DNA of 60,469 nucleotides, the filler included. It is 3 parts of 3 records of this genome, joined end to end, with 100 filler letters (N's around TTAATTAATTAA, not from the genome) between each part and the next. Parts side by side here need not be neighbours in the genome. Positions count along the whole stretch, not along the records: positions 45,250 to 60,469 come from SRR20825019_290; 2 more parts are not named here. One strand, given 5' to 3'. This document shows positions 48,534-58,804 of this stretch, in pieces. Under the pieces are notes generated by a model. The model was given only the letters and a program-made list of their open reading frames with translations. It made no database searches and had not been told where the DNA came from. Numbering within the stretch: position 1 is the first letter of the stretch; each line of letters opens with the position of its first letter. The position numbers and the translations under genes were made by a program.

Positions 48534-49343
48534 ATGCAGACCGCTCTTAAAGACGTACTCGCCCAGAAAGACGTTCCTTATTATCAGTCTACCGGCAACG
48601 AACAGCAACTGTTTGAAACAGCCTGGCAGCAGCATCTGCCCTTGTTGTTAAAGGGACCGACCGGTTGCGGGAAAACACGTTTTGTATCCCATATGGCTGC
48701 AAAGCTGGGCGTTCCGCTTTATACCGTTTCCTGCCATGACGATTTGACCGCTGCGGATCTGACTGGGCGCTATCTGATCAAGGGCGGGGAAACGGTTTGG
48801 GTGGATGGTCCGTTGACACGTGCGGTCCGCCACGGTGGTATCTGCTATCTCGATGAGGTGGTGGAGGCGCGCAAGGACGTGACGGTGGTCCTTCATCCGT
48901 TGACGGATGATCGGCGTCTTTTGCCGCTGGACCGGACGGGCGAGCTTCTGGAAGCGCCGGCCAATTTCATGCTGGTGGTGTCCTATAACCCCGGTTACCA
49001 GAACCTTCTGAAGCAGCTTAAACCATCGACCCGACAGCGTTTTCTGGCCGTCGAGTTCGATTTCCCGGACGCGGAAACCGAAAAAGCGGTCATCATGCGT
49101 GAAACCGGGATCGATGTTGAACGCGCAGCCCTTCTGGTGCGCATTGCGGGCAATATTCGCAAGCTTACCGGTATTGATCTTGAAGAAGCTGTTTCAACCC
49201 GGTTGCTGGTCTATGGCGCGACGCTTTTGATGGCCAATGTTGCATTTGATGACGCCATCAATGCGGCCATCATCGAACCCCTGTCGGATGATGCGGATAT
49301 CAAGGCGGGCCTTCGCGAGGCCATCGGGATTATCCGGGGCTGA
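48534..49343 (+). CDS. norQ: MoxR AAA+ ATPase NorQ
   Basis: GPTGCGKTRF, YLDEVVEAR and SYNPGYQ; ATG 48534 after AAGGAG. Confidence 0.96.
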   Translation: MQTALKDVLAQKDVPYYQSTGNEQQLFETAWQQHLPLLLKGPTGCGKTRFVSHMAAKLGVPLYTVSCHDDLTAADLTGRYLIKGGETVWVDGPLTRAVRHGGICYLDEVVEARKDVTVVLHPLTDDRRLLPLDRTGELLEAPANFMLVVSYNPGYQNLLKQLKPSTRQRFLAVEFDFPDAETEKAVIMRETGIDVERAALLVRIAGNIRKLTGIDLEEAVSTRLLVYGATLLMANVAFDDAINAAIIEPLSDDADIKAGLREAIGIIRG

Positions 49344-49356
49344 CAGCCGGGAGGCG

Positions 49357-51327
49357 ATGATGAGTTTCGATTTTCTGGAATTCGAAGAACAGGTCGGCAT
49401 GATCTGGCACCGGATTGCATCACGCAATCAGGAAAGCTATCGCGATCATGTTGAACACGCGATCACGTTTGCTGAATTGCGCGGTCATTTGCCGGTGATT
49501 TTTCGCACCCTTGGTGGCGACCCGGCGTTGGAATTTGCCCAGATTGATAAACGGGTTTCGGGGCATCGGCTACGCTGGCGGCAACGGATTGGTCTGGTGG
49601 ATGAACAGATCACGATGGCCGAAATGAACGAGGCATCGGTAAAGCTGCCCGCGTCCATTTCACTGTTTCCGTCCCGTGATCTTAACCGTGATTTTTATAT
49701 CTGGCTGATGGCATGGTTCGCGGTTTCGGTCCCACAAGCCATTTCGCTGGACGTTGCGCAAAGCCCCTTATTGGTCGATATCATGCGACTTTCCCGGGCA
49801 CGGCAAACCGATCAAGATGTATGTCGCCATTTCCCCGGCATCATCGGTTTGCGTCAACGCCTGTATGATGCGTTTCTTGTGTTGCGGCCGGTGCGTCCTT
49901 TGCCCCGTGTCGAACAACAGGTTGAAGAATGCGTTCTGCGGATTCTTATGGGTGTAGGGCAACAGGATGAAAATGATTTGTGGCCCGTTGTTAACGCCGT
50001 CGGCACAGGTGTTGATATTGCTGCGATGGTCAGTGTTGCGGGTTTGCAATCGCATCGTTATGCGCCATTCCTTCCCGTTCCACTTTGGGGGGAAGCCATG
50101 TGTTCCGGAACGGCTGGTCGTGTTGCCAATACCGACACGGACGAGGATGGAAATTCGTCAGACGGCAGTCAGGAACGTAAAAAACGCGCGCGCCGGCGCA
50201 AGAATGATCAGGCTGGTCGCAATGATCCCCTCGCATTAAACCGGTTTGAAAAAATCCTTTCGATAGCCGAGATGGTCAATGTCAATCGGCCGATGGATGA
50301 CGAGGACGAGCAGGATGCAAAGAAAGCGGCTGACGAGCTTGACGAAATGGAAATTTCCGACTGCAAACGCAAAGCGGCAACCAAATTGCGTTTCGATCTG
50401 GATCTGCCGCCACGCGAAGCTGATGAAGGACGCGTGATTGGTGAATGGACCTATCCGGAATGGGATTACCGTCATCAATCGTATCGCCCGGATTTCTGCA
50501 AAGTCGTCATGCAATCCGGTGATGAAAAAGTCAGTGAGTGTGATGTCTGGCATCCGGGTGAAACCGAACGGCGACAAATCCGCCAGGTTCGCCGCCAATT
50601 CGAAGCGTTTCGGCCGCGCCATGAAATTCTGCGCGCGCAAAGTGATGGAAGCGAGCTTGATCTCGAAGCATTGGTGCGCGCCCGCTGTGACCAGAAAGGC
50701 AGTGGAGAACTCAGCGACAGGCTGTATCTGAACACGGTTCGACGAGCACGCGATTTGTCGGTTGCGGTACTGGTCGATGTATCATTGTCGACCGATGCCT
50801 GGATACAGGATCAACGGGTTCTCGATGTTGAAAAGCAGGCGCTTTCGGTGCTGGCTGGTGGGCTGGACGCATGTGGGGACGAGTTTGGTATCTTCAGCTT
50901 TACATCACGTCGTCGGGATTGGGTGCGTATTAACGCGATGAAGAACTTCGACGAGGAATGGTCACGTTCTACGCAGGACCGGATACAGAAGCTCCGTCCA
51001 GGGTATTACACGCGGTTGGGGGCTGCCATCCGCCATGTTGGAAAGCTGTTGGGGGGTCGACCGCACCAACACCGGTTGATGCTGGTAATCACGGATGGCA
51101 AGCCAAATGATATCGACCATTACGAAGGTCGCTACGGCATAGAGGATAGCCGCCGTGCCGTGCGCGAATGCCGAAAGGCAGGACTTGGGCTTTTCGGTGT
51201 AACGGTCGATCAAAGGGCACAGGATTACTTCCCCTATATCTTTGGGGCAGGCGGGCACGCAATTGTCAGCAAGCTGGAAAACCTTCCGGCGGCCTTACCA
51301 CGTATCTATCGCCAGCTTGTATCTTGA
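49357..51327 (+). CDS. norD: NO reductase activation protein NorD (VWA domain)
   Basis: YPEWDY, DVSLST MIDAS, YTRLGAAIRH and TDGKPND; ATG 49357 after GGAGG. Confidence 0.95.
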   Translation: MMSFDFLEFEEQVGMIWHRIASRNQESYRDHVEHAITFAELRGHLPVIFRTLGGDPALEFAQIDKRVSGHRLRWRQRIGLVDEQITMAEMNEASVKLPASISLFPSRDLNRDFYIWLMAWFAVSVPQAISLDVAQSPLLVDIMRLSRARQTDQDVCRHFPGIIGLRQRLYDAFLVLRPVRPLPRVEQQVEECVLRILMGVGQQDENDLWPVVNAVGTGVDIAAMVSVAGLQSHRYAPFLPVPLWGEAMCSGTAGRVANTDTDEDGNSSDGSQERKKRARRRKNDQAGRNDPLALNRFEKILSIAEMVNVNRPMDDEDEQDAKKAADELDEMEISDCKRKAATKLRFDLDLPPREADEGRVIGEWTYPEWDYRHQSYRPDFCKVVMQSGDEKVSECDVWHPGETERRQIRQVRRQFEAFRPRHEILRAQSDGSELDLEALVRARCDQKGSGELSDRLYLNTVRRARDLSVAVLVDVSLSTDAWIQDQRVLDVEKQALSVLAGGLDACGDEFGIFSFTSRRRDWVRINAMKNFDEEWSRSTQDRIQKLRPGYYTRLGAAIRHVGKLLGGRPHQHRLMLVITDGKPNDIDHYEGRYGIEDSRRAVRECRKAGLGLFGVTVDQRAQDYFPYIFGAGGHAIVSKLENLPAALPRIYRQLVS

Positions 51328-51341
51328 AAACGGGTGATAAT

Positions 51342-51983
51342 ATGCAAGCTCGTCAGGAAAATATGGCACAACATGATAGCTCGACCGCGAATGAAAGTGA
51401 TCAGAACAGTGTATTGGTGACTTCTTCTGCCGGGGCTGATGCCTGGGGCGGGCTTGAAGCCTTGCCCGGGCATCCGTTGATGTGGGTCCTGATCCTGTCG
51501 GAGTTGGTTGTTTTCGGGGCTTTTCTGCTGACATTTTCCGCGGCAAGAATTGGCGACCCGTCTGGGTTTGCGGCGGATCAACTGCGTCTTGATCGTTTTA
51601 TGGGCGGGCTTAATACGGTTGTTTTACTGACAAGCGGTCTGTTCGCGGTGTTCGCCGTTCATGCCATACGCCAAAATGCTGTTTTGCGGTGTCGGGGCTG
51701 GATGGCGGCAACTGCAATTCTGGGCATCGCTTTCCTGATCATAAAACTGCTGGAATATAGCAGTAAAATCGATGCCGGGATCGGTTTGGAAAGCAGTACG
51801 TTCTTCACGCTTTACTATCTCATCACCGGTTTTCATGCGCTGCATGTGGTGATGGGGCTTGGTCTTTTGGGGATTGTTTCCATTTGGCCCAATTTAACCA
51901 ACATCGAAACCGGTGCCGCCTTCTGGCATATGATCGATATGGTTTGGGTGCTGGTCTTTCCTGTGATCTATCTGTTGCGATGA
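51342..51983 (+). CDS. norE: NorE (cytochrome oxidase subunit III-like)
   Basis: MWVLILSEL, NTVVLLTS, TGFHALHV and FWHMIDMVW motifs. Confidence 0.9.
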   Translation: MQARQENMAQHDSSTANESDQNSVLVTSSAGADAWGGLEALPGHPLMWVLILSELVVFGAFLLTFSAARIGDPSGFAADQLRLDRFMGGLNTVVLLTSGLFAVFAVHAIRQNAVLRCRGWMAATAILGIAFLIIKLLEYSSKIDAGIGLESSTFFTLYYLITGFHALHVVMGLGLLGIVSIWPNLTNIETGAAFWHMIDMVWVLVFPVIYLLR

Positions 51984-51990
51984 GGTAATC

Positions 51991-52356
51991 ATGGACCATC
52001 ATTGTACCATCAGTGCGAAATCCGATGATGTCGTAAGGAATGTTGGCAAATCTTGCGACACGCAGGCTTTATCGATGCGAACAGCAATTCTGGTCTGGCT
52101 GATCGCAACCAGCACGACCATCCTGTCACTGGTCCTTGCGCTTGTGGGAGAAGAACGCACAGCCACGATGCTTGGTCTGGTGCCAGCCACAATTATTATG
52201 GCTGTGGGTAGCTTTAAGGCATGGTTGATCTTGCGATACTATCTTGGGCTTGGGCCATCCGCGGGCGGATGGCGTGGATTGTTTGTTGCCTTTCTTATTG
52301 TGATTTTTGCCGGTGTTCTGGCCGCACAGGGGGCGGTGATTTTGTCAAGCCACTAG
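51991..52356 (+). CDS. norF: NorF-like small membrane protein
   Basis: Three TM helices with KAWLILRYYLGL; directly follows norE. Confidence 0.7.
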   Translation: MDHHCTISAKSDDVVRNVGKSCDTQALSMRTAILVWLIATSTTILSLVLALVGEERTATMLGLVPATIIMAVGSFKAWLILRYYLGLGPSAGGWRGLFVAFLIVIFAGVLAAQGAVILSSH

Positions 52357-52414
52357 GGCGTATCTTCACGCCGCCACAAGATGGCTAAATCATCGCGTGA
52401 CGGCTGATCTGGTG

Positions 52415-54025
52415 TTAGTGACTGGTGCCGGCGGAATAAGTGATTTTGTTGAACACGTTATATTTCCCAACCGGCTTTTTCATCGGGATGCGTTTGATTT
52501 CCTCGAATGTTTGGGCATCGTAAACGATGATTGCACCGTCATCGTCCCAGATCGACAGCAGCGCGTGTTTGCCGCTGCGATCAAACTCCACATGGGCCGC
52601 GACCTTGCCGGGTTCGGGGCGGAGCGTTTTGACGATTTCGAGGGTGCGTTTATCGATGATATGGACAACATCCTTGTCCGGGCCAAAGAATACATCGACC
52701 CAGGCATAAGGCGTGTTGTCATGGCTGCGGGTGAAAAATCCGGGGCCCTTTGTTTCGATGGTTTTGATGGTCTGCCAGCTTTCCATGTCGATCACACTGA
52801 TTTTGGAATCTTTCAGGTGCGGTGTCGCCAGCACCGAATGGCCCTGATAGTTAAAGGTGATGCCTGAACCAAGATGGGGCATGCCTTCCAGTGCGATATC
52901 GGCAACCTTTCGGCCGACATTCAGATTGATCACCTGCCCATCGCGGCCATTGCGCGCCGCCCCGATCAGGTGGCGATAATCCTGATCGAAAAAGAAATCA
53001 TCCAGACCATCATCAAGATGAATACGCCTTACCGGAAAAGGGCCGTTCTGAACGTCCAGTGCTTCGACCATATTGGCTTCGTAGTTATGAACGAAACCGG
53101 GATAGACTGGACGTGGATCATCGGCATAGGAAATTTCCCAAACTTCGGGCAGGTCTTTCAGGGCGACGATAAAGCTATGGCGCGGAGGGGCGGTATATAC
53201 CGCCGAAACACGCGATGATTTGCCATCATCACCGATAACGGCGAACTCGCGTATTGGTGTCAGATCCCGTGCATCCAGCAGAACCAGATTGTGCGGCAGC
53301 ATGTTGCCCGCCATCACATATCGGCCGTCATCGGATACCGCCACATTTCGCGTATTCAGGCCGACCCGGATTTCAGCAACGGTTTGCAGGGAATAAAGGT
53401 CATACATCTGGACCCATCCATCACGCGACGCCAGATAGACAAACCGACCGTCCGGTGAATATTTTGCCCCGCCATGCAAGGCAAAGCGGGTCGGAAAACG
53501 ATCAAGGGGTTCGAACGTGTCACCATCAAGGATCGTGACGTGATGATCGCCCGCCTCGACAATTGTGAACAGGTTTAGAGGATCACTTTTGAATTTCGGT
53601 TTGTCGGGCAGTTCCGCCGGATCGATGAAAACGTCGTGACTTTGGACGATTTCGGACATACCCCATTCAGGCGACCTGTCCATCGGTTGCCGCAGCCAGT
53701 CTGCCAGAAGCGTGATTTCCGTCTTTGCAAGAGTTTCGCCAAAAGCCGGCATTTGTGTCGCTACGCGGCCGTTGCGGATGACATCTGAAATGCCATTGCC
53801 CCGCAATTTTTCAAGGCTTTCGGGCAAAAGTGCCGGGCCCATGCCGCCCAACCGGTCACCATTGTGACAGGCAGCACAATGCGTTGCATATAACGCATTG
53901 GCATCGGCAATCTGCGCGGAAGAGAGTGCGGTTTGGCCAAACGCGTTCGTTGTACTGATCAAACCGGATACCAATACCGTTCCAAGGCAAATCCGGGCCA
54001 GAACAGGTTTAACGATGGGGATCAT
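52415..54025 (-). CDS. nirN: Dihydro-heme d1 dehydrogenase NirN
   Basis: CAACH cytochrome c domain plus d1 propeller (HGGAKY, PHLGSG, PVGKYNV); last gene of the nir operon. Confidence 0.93.
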   Translation of the reverse strand: MIPIVKPVLARICLGTVLVSGLISTTNAFGQTALSSAQIADANALYATHCAACHNGDRLGGMGPALLPESLEKLRGNGISDVIRNGRVATQMPAFGETLAKTEITLLADWLRQPMDRSPEWGMSEIVQSHDVFIDPAELPDKPKFKSDPLNLFTIVEAGDHHVTILDGDTFEPLDRFPTRFALHGGAKYSPDGRFVYLASRDGWVQMYDLYSLQTVAEIRVGLNTRNVAVSDDGRYVMAGNMLPHNLVLLDARDLTPIREFAVIGDDGKSSRVSAVYTAPPRHSFIVALKDLPEVWEISYADDPRPVYPGFVHNYEANMVEALDVQNGPFPVRRIHLDDGLDDFFFDQDYRHLIGAARNGRDGQVINLNVGRKVADIALEGMPHLGSGITFNYQGHSVLATPHLKDSKISVIDMESWQTIKTIETKGPGFFTRSHDNTPYAWVDVFFGPDKDVVHIIDKRTLEIVKTLRPEPGKVAAHVEFDRSGKHALLSIWDDDGAIIVYDAQTFEEIKRIPMKKPVGKYNVFNKITYSAGTSH

Positions 54026-55266
54026 GGTGTGACCTCCACCTGACCGTGGCGTCTGGTCGCGGAAAATGGAACGGTTTCAAGACGGTTATGTTCGCCAATA
54101 ATGCCAAGTTCGGCATCATCAAGATAACAGCCCGGATCTTCGGCCCAAGGATCGCCGGTCAACTGATAGGCGCGCGTTCGCGTATTGCCGCCGCAAATGC
54201 CGCGATACCGGCATTCGCCGCAGCGTCCGTGAACGAGACGGGGACGCTGTTTTAACCCGGCCATCAAGGGATCACTGATATCCTGCCAGATTTCCGAAAA
54301 CGGACGTTTCAGGACATTGCCCAATGTGTGCTGCCACCACATGGTATCGGGATGGACATTGCCCAGATTATCGATATTGGCAACATTGACACCCGATGCA
54401 TTCCCGCCCCAGCGTTGCAGCATTTTCCCGATCTGGCTGGATGCTGCGGGGTAATGTTCGTCAATCCAGAATTTCAGGAAAACCCCGTCGGCATCGTTGT
54501 TGCCCGTCACGTAGTCGCGCGCGATGCCTGCTTTGACATCTGCTTCGCAGCGGGAAAACATCATCAACAACGCTTCGCGGGTCATATTATAAAATGCGTG
54601 ATCCTTTCGGTTGTGGTTTCCGCGACCGGCATAGTTCAGATGCGAGAAATAGAACTTGTCGATCTTTTCCTGTTCAACAAGGTCCAGAAGACCGGGAAGG
54701 TCCTGATAATTTTCGCGGGTCATGGTGAAACGAATGCCAACCGGCAATCCGACATCACTGCACAGTTTTGCCCCGCGAAGGGCAAGATCAAACCCGCCTT
54801 CAAGACGACGGAAATAATCATGTGTTGCGCCAAGTCCATCCAGACTGATCCCGACATAGTCATAATTGGCGGCTGCAATCTGATCGATGTTCCTATCATC
54901 AATCAGGGTCCCGTTGCTCGACAGTGCGACATAGAAACCAAGTTCTTTGGCATAGGCCGAAATATCAAAAATATCGGGTCGCATAAGCGGTTCGCCCCCC
55001 GACAGGATCAATACCGGAACATTGAAATCACGCAGGTTTTCCATGGTATGGAAAACCTGTTTTGTCGTTAGCTCACCGGGAAAATCCTTATCAACGGCAG
55101 AGGCATAGCAGTGCCTGCATGTCAGGTTGCACCGCCGGATCAGGTTCCAGATAACGACAGGTCCGCGGTTGGAAAGCGGGGCATGTTTGCGGGGGTTCGT
55201 AACGGGTGCTGTGCCATTCTCGGCAATATCGATTGCAGCACGGATATACTGGCTTAACCGCAACAT
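54022..55266 (-). CDS. nirJ: Heme d1 biosynthesis radical SAM protein
   Basis: WNLIRRCNLTCRHCY and SPASM cysteines; start ATG 55266. Confidence 0.95.
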   Translation of the reverse strand: MLRLSQYIRAAIDIAENGTAPVTNPRKHAPLSNRGPVVIWNLIRRCNLTCRHCYASAVDKDFPGELTTKQVFHTMENLRDFNVPVLILSGGEPLMRPDIFDISAYAKELGFYVALSSNGTLIDDRNIDQIAAANYDYVGISLDGLGATHDYFRRLEGGFDLALRGAKLCSDVGLPVGIRFTMTRENYQDLPGLLDLVEQEKIDKFYFSHLNYAGRGNHNRKDHAFYNMTREALLMMFSRCEADVKAGIARDYVTGNNDADGVFLKFWIDEHYPAASSQIGKMLQRWGGNASGVNVANIDNLGNVHPDTMWWQHTLGNVLKRPFSEIWQDISDPLMAGLKQRPRLVHGRCGECRYRGICGGNTRTRAYQLTGDPWAEDPGCYLDDAELGIIGEHNRLETVPFSATRRHGQVEVTP

Positions 55267-55787
55267 TTCTTTTCTCCGCTTTTGCGCCAACGCAGGCCGG
55301 TTTTTTTCAGGATACGGTTGCTGTATAGAATGCGATGGTCGCGGACATTCCCGCCCAAACGGTTGCGGATATCTTCGACCTTGGCCTCGACCGTTTCGCG
55401 TGTTGTTCCGTGGACCATGGCAAACAGGTTGAATGGCCAATCGGGCAGGTGGCGCGGCCTGCGATAGCAGTGCGATACGAAATCCAGCTTTCCGATCATC
55501 TCGCCCATGTCATCAACGGTTTTATCGTCGATGTCCCAAACGCTCATGCCATTGGCGCGATAACCCAGCCGATAATGGTTGGGGATGATGCCGATACGCC
55601 GAATGACGCCAACATCAAGCAAACGTTGCAAGCGCTGTTCAACTTCATCCGGGCCAAGTCCAAGGCCCAACGCGATATCCCCGTATGGTGTGGGACTTAA
55701 AGGCAATCCGGTTTGCGTCGCACGGATCAGGGCATGATCGATTTCGTCAAGTTCCGGTAGTTCTGGTTGGTTCAGAAAGGAAATCAT
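55254..55787 (-). CDS. nirH: Siroheme decarboxylase subunit NirH
   Basis: NHYRLGYRANGMSVWD, SHCYRRPR, FAMVHG and LKKTGLR. Confidence 0.92.
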   Translation of the reverse strand: MISFLNQPELPELDEIDHALIRATQTGLPLSPTPYGDIALGLGLGPDEVEQRLQRLLDVGVIRRIGIIPNHYRLGYRANGMSVWDIDDKTVDDMGEMIGKLDFVSHCYRRPRHLPDWPFNLFAMVHGTTRETVEAKVEDIRNRLGGNVRDHRILYSNRILKKTGLRWRKSGEKKCCG

Positions 55788-56236
55788 TTTTCGGGAACCT
55801 CCAGATGCAATTCAAGGAAGTATTCCTGTTCCTTTGGGAAGCTCAGAACCCCAAGCCCGGTTGTGTTTTCGATCCGCTTTATGACGTCCTGAAGCGCTTC
55901 TTCATCCTCGGCAAGGATCACAAACCACATGTTAAGAACATCTTCACGGGCGTAATTGTGGGCGACTTCCTCGCATGCGTTGACCTGTTCCGCGACCTCG
56001 TCAAAGCGATCAGGTGGGACTGCAATCGCGGCAAGGGTTACAGCACCACCAAGTCTTTCCGTGTTGTAAAGCGGCCCAAACCGGCTGACATATCCGTCCG
56101 CGATCAGCCTTTTGACACCGTCAATGACGGTTTGTTCGTCATAACCAAGACGTTCGGCCAGCACCTGGAACGGGTGCGCGCAGATCGGAAAACCACCCTG
56201 CATATTGTTGATCAGGTCGCGTTCAAGCTTGTTCAT
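55784..56236 (-). CDS. nirG: Siroheme decarboxylase subunit NirG
   Basis: QGGFP, SRFGPLY, AHNYAR and LNMWFV. Confidence 0.9.
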   Translation of the reverse strand: MNKLERDLINNMQGGFPICAHPFQVLAERLGYDEQTVIDGVKRLIADGYVSRFGPLYNTERLGGAVTLAAIAVPPDRFDEVAEQVNACEEVAHNYAREDVLNMWFVILAEDEEALQDVIKRIENTTGLGVLSFPKEQEYFLELHLEVPEK

Positions 56237-56784
56237 GATATTTCCCTGACTTCATCGGGAATTGGGCGAGTTTCCGTTGGCGCCGGCAAGGATACGGATG
56301 CCCTCGGGGCGCCATATTTGCCCGCCCGCTGGGTGAAGCATTGCTTGCTGAAAAGAACCTTGTGGGGCGCATCATGCAGTTCCAGACGCGCAATCAGGTG
56401 GCGGATTTGTGCCCGAACTGTCAGCCGGTCTCGACCATGGATCATGCAATAAAGATTGTATGGCCAAACCCCGGCAACCCGTTCCCGGCGATAACACAAT
56501 GTGACATAGGGAAGGGCTGCCATCGCCTTGCCAATGTCGGGTGCCGCATCATCACCGATATCGAAAACGCACATCGCATTGGCCTGATAACCAAATGCGC
56601 GATGACGGATGATCATGCCAAAGCGGTTGATAACCTTGTGGGCGATAAGCTGTTCAAGCGTTTCGATCACCGTTTCCTCGGTCGTGCCGAGGTCATTGGC
56701 AATATTTGCATAGGGACGTTTGCCGATTGGCAAGCCGTCGCGCAGTCTTTCGATCAGCCGGTGTTGAAGATTGCTCAGTTCCAT
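56233..56784 (-). CDS. nirL: Siroheme decarboxylase subunit NirL
   Basis: RHRAFGYQANAM, TLCYRR, WPYNLYCMIHG and FTQRAG; start ATG 56784. Confidence 0.9.
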   Translation of the reverse strand: MELSNLQHRLIERLRDGLPIGKRPYANIANDLGTTEETVIETLEQLIAHKVINRFGMIIRHRAFGYQANAMCVFDIGDDAAPDIGKAMAALPYVTLCYRRERVAGVWPYNLYCMIHGRDRLTVRAQIRHLIARLELHDAPHKVLFSKQCFTQRAGKYGAPRASVSLPAPTETRPIPDEVREIS

Positions 56785-57236
56785 TTCAACGCAAATCCCA
56801 AATCGAGACGGTAATGTTCGATCATCGGCATCCGATATACCGGTAAGCCGGTTTTGGTTTCGATTGCCTTGATTGTCGTGTCCAGACTGGCCTGATCGGC
56901 GGTGGTCACGACGAACCATAGATTGAGTTTATCTTCGCGTTCGTAATTGTGATTGATTTCGGTAAAGTGGCTGACTTGGGCGGCAATTTTTTCAAGCTGA
57001 TCATCTGGAACTTCAATCGCCGCAAGGCTTGATGCCCCTGCGCGCCCGGTCGCATAGGTCGCGCCAATCCGGTCGAGATAACCTTTGTCCTTCAAATCGG
57101 AAATGGCGGAAATCACCGTGTCTTCGTTGGTGCCCAGTTCACTGGCGATGGTTTCAAACGGGCGTGGCGTCGTCGGAAATCCGCGCTGAAAATGTTCGAT
57201 CAGCCGGGTCTGAAGGCGGGTGAGTTCGGTGCTCAT
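56775..57236 (-). CDS. nirD: Siroheme decarboxylase subunit NirD
   Basis: FQRGFP, INHNYERE, NLWFV and YRLDLGF (heme d1 NirD, not the NirBD small subunit). Confidence 0.9.
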   Translation of the reverse strand: MSTELTRLQTRLIEHFQRGFPTTPRPFETIASELGTNEDTVISAISDLKDKGYLDRIGATYATGRAGASSLAAIEVPDDQLEKIAAQVSHFTEINHNYEREDKLNLWFVVTTADQASLDTTIKAIETKTGLPVYRMPMIEHYRLDLGFALKWN

Positions 57237-57245
57237 GATGGCCTC

Positions 57246-58469
57246 CTACAACCCGATCCGACCGGCACGGTCAGACATGAAAATGCCGCTGGGACTGGGG
57301 AGCGGAAGTTCGGCAATCGGCTGGAGCGTGTAGGGATTGTATCCAACGACCTTGTTGTCATCGCGCACCGACAGCCAGACCTGATCGCCACGTGGACTGA
57401 ATTCCATATGCAGGACACCGGTGCCGGGTTTCAGTTCCCCGACGATTGCCAGATTTTCCGTGTCGATTATCTGGACCGTGTCGTAATCCGGGACCGAGAA
57501 ATTGACCCAGACATGCCTGTTGTCGGGATGGGCCATGACGAAAACGGGCTGTCCATGGACGGGAATACGTCCGATCTGCTGCCAGTTTTCGGTGTCAATC
57601 ACGAGAACTTCGTGGCGACCGACGGCGGGTACAAATGCGCGTTTCCCCGCAATTGCCCAGCCTTCAAGATGGGGCATTTTGTAAACGGGTAAGCGTTCTT
57701 GGCCCATGCCGTAATGATCAAGGATGCGGCGCACGCCATTTTCCGGATGCCAAAGATCAAGCAATGCCATGCCGTCTTCGCCAAACAGACCGGCAATGTA
57801 ATAACGACCATCGGATGTGATCAGCGCATCGTAGGGCTGTGTTCCGATATCTTTGTAGCGGCTGATCTTTGGTTCGTTGCCGGTTGAGAAATCGGCTATC
57901 CAGATTTCGCCGGAATCCCAAAGGCTGAAAACAAACCGGTTCCCCGGCGCATCAACCAGCCCGATGACTTTTGAACGATCAGAACTGCGGTCAATGGTTG
58001 CAGGAATATCGGCCAGCAGTTCGAGGGTTTCACTATCGAAAACGCGGACACCGCCGGGTTCGTAATTGGCAACCGCCACCAGTCTGCCGTCTTGGCTGAC
58101 GGCTCCGCCAATACTGTTGCCCGCTTGCAAGGTTCTAGCGACAACCTCATGTTTGAGAATGTCTACCTTGGTCAATCCCCCGTCGCGGCCAAAGACGAAT
58201 GCGAACCGTCCGTCCCGGGAATAGACGATCGATGCATGTGACAGATCGCCAAGGCCTTCAACGATCCCGATAAATTGCCGGGTGCTGGTGTCAAGGATGG
58301 CTACTTCGCCAGTGGCCCGGGCAACGACGGTTGCCAGATCAGCCGTCCCGCGAACGGATGAGATATTTGCGCAGCCCGCCAAAAGCAAAATGCCCCCAAC
58401 AACCAAAAGGTTGCGGGTTGCCTGTAACGCGGTGGAAGGAATGCGGGCCGAAAATGCAATGCGCATCAT
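57246..58469 (-). CDS. nirF: Heme d1 maturation protein NirF (lipoprotein)
   Basis: Lipobox LLAGC; GDLSHAS, RDGG, PVYKMPHLEGW and PSGIF. Confidence 0.93.
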   Translation of the reverse strand: MMRIAFSARIPSTALQATRNLLVVGGILLLAGCANISSVRGTADLATVVARATGEVAILDTSTRQFIGIVEGLGDLSHASIVYSRDGRFAFVFGRDGGLTKVDILKHEVVARTLQAGNSIGGAVSQDGRLVAVANYEPGGVRVFDSETLELLADIPATIDRSSDRSKVIGLVDAPGNRFVFSLWDSGEIWIADFSTGNEPKISRYKDIGTQPYDALITSDGRYYIAGLFGEDGMALLDLWHPENGVRRILDHYGMGQERLPVYKMPHLEGWAIAGKRAFVPAVGRHEVLVIDTENWQQIGRIPVHGQPVFVMAHPDNRHVWVNFSVPDYDTVQIIDTENLAIVGELKPGTGVLHMEFSPRGDQVWLSVRDDNKVVGYNPYTLQPIAELPLPSPSGIFMSDRAGRIGL

Positions 58470-58804
58470 TCGGGTTCTCCTGTTTTCAGATAGCGGGCCA
58501 TCCACGTGGCCTCGTCGGGTGTCACGATTGCGCGCCAGGGTGGCATGGCTGTCCCGGGCAATCCGTCGAGGATGATGGTTGTCAAATCCTCGACGCTGTA
58601 AGCCGCTAGGCTTTCCGGTAAAAGGGGCGATCCCAGACCTCCCTTAAACGTTAGGCCATGACAGGAACCGCAATCCTGACGCACCATTTGCTCCAGCGCA
58701 TGGGGGCTTCGGGAAGAAGTTGCGTTTTCCGCACTTACTGAATAGGTCCCCGCCAAAGCGAGCGTGGTGATCAGGATCACGAGGGAATTACGCAGTATGG
58801 GCAT
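58466..58804 (-). CDS. nirC: Cytochrome c55X NirC
   Basis: Signal peptide, QDCGSCHG, GGLG and GTAMPPW. Confidence 0.92.
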   Translation of the reverse strand: MPILRNSLVILITTLALAGTYSVSAENATSSRSPHALEQMVRQDCGSCHGLTFKGGLGSPLLPESLAAYSVEDLTTIILDGLPGTAMPPWRAIVTPDEATWMARYLKTGEPE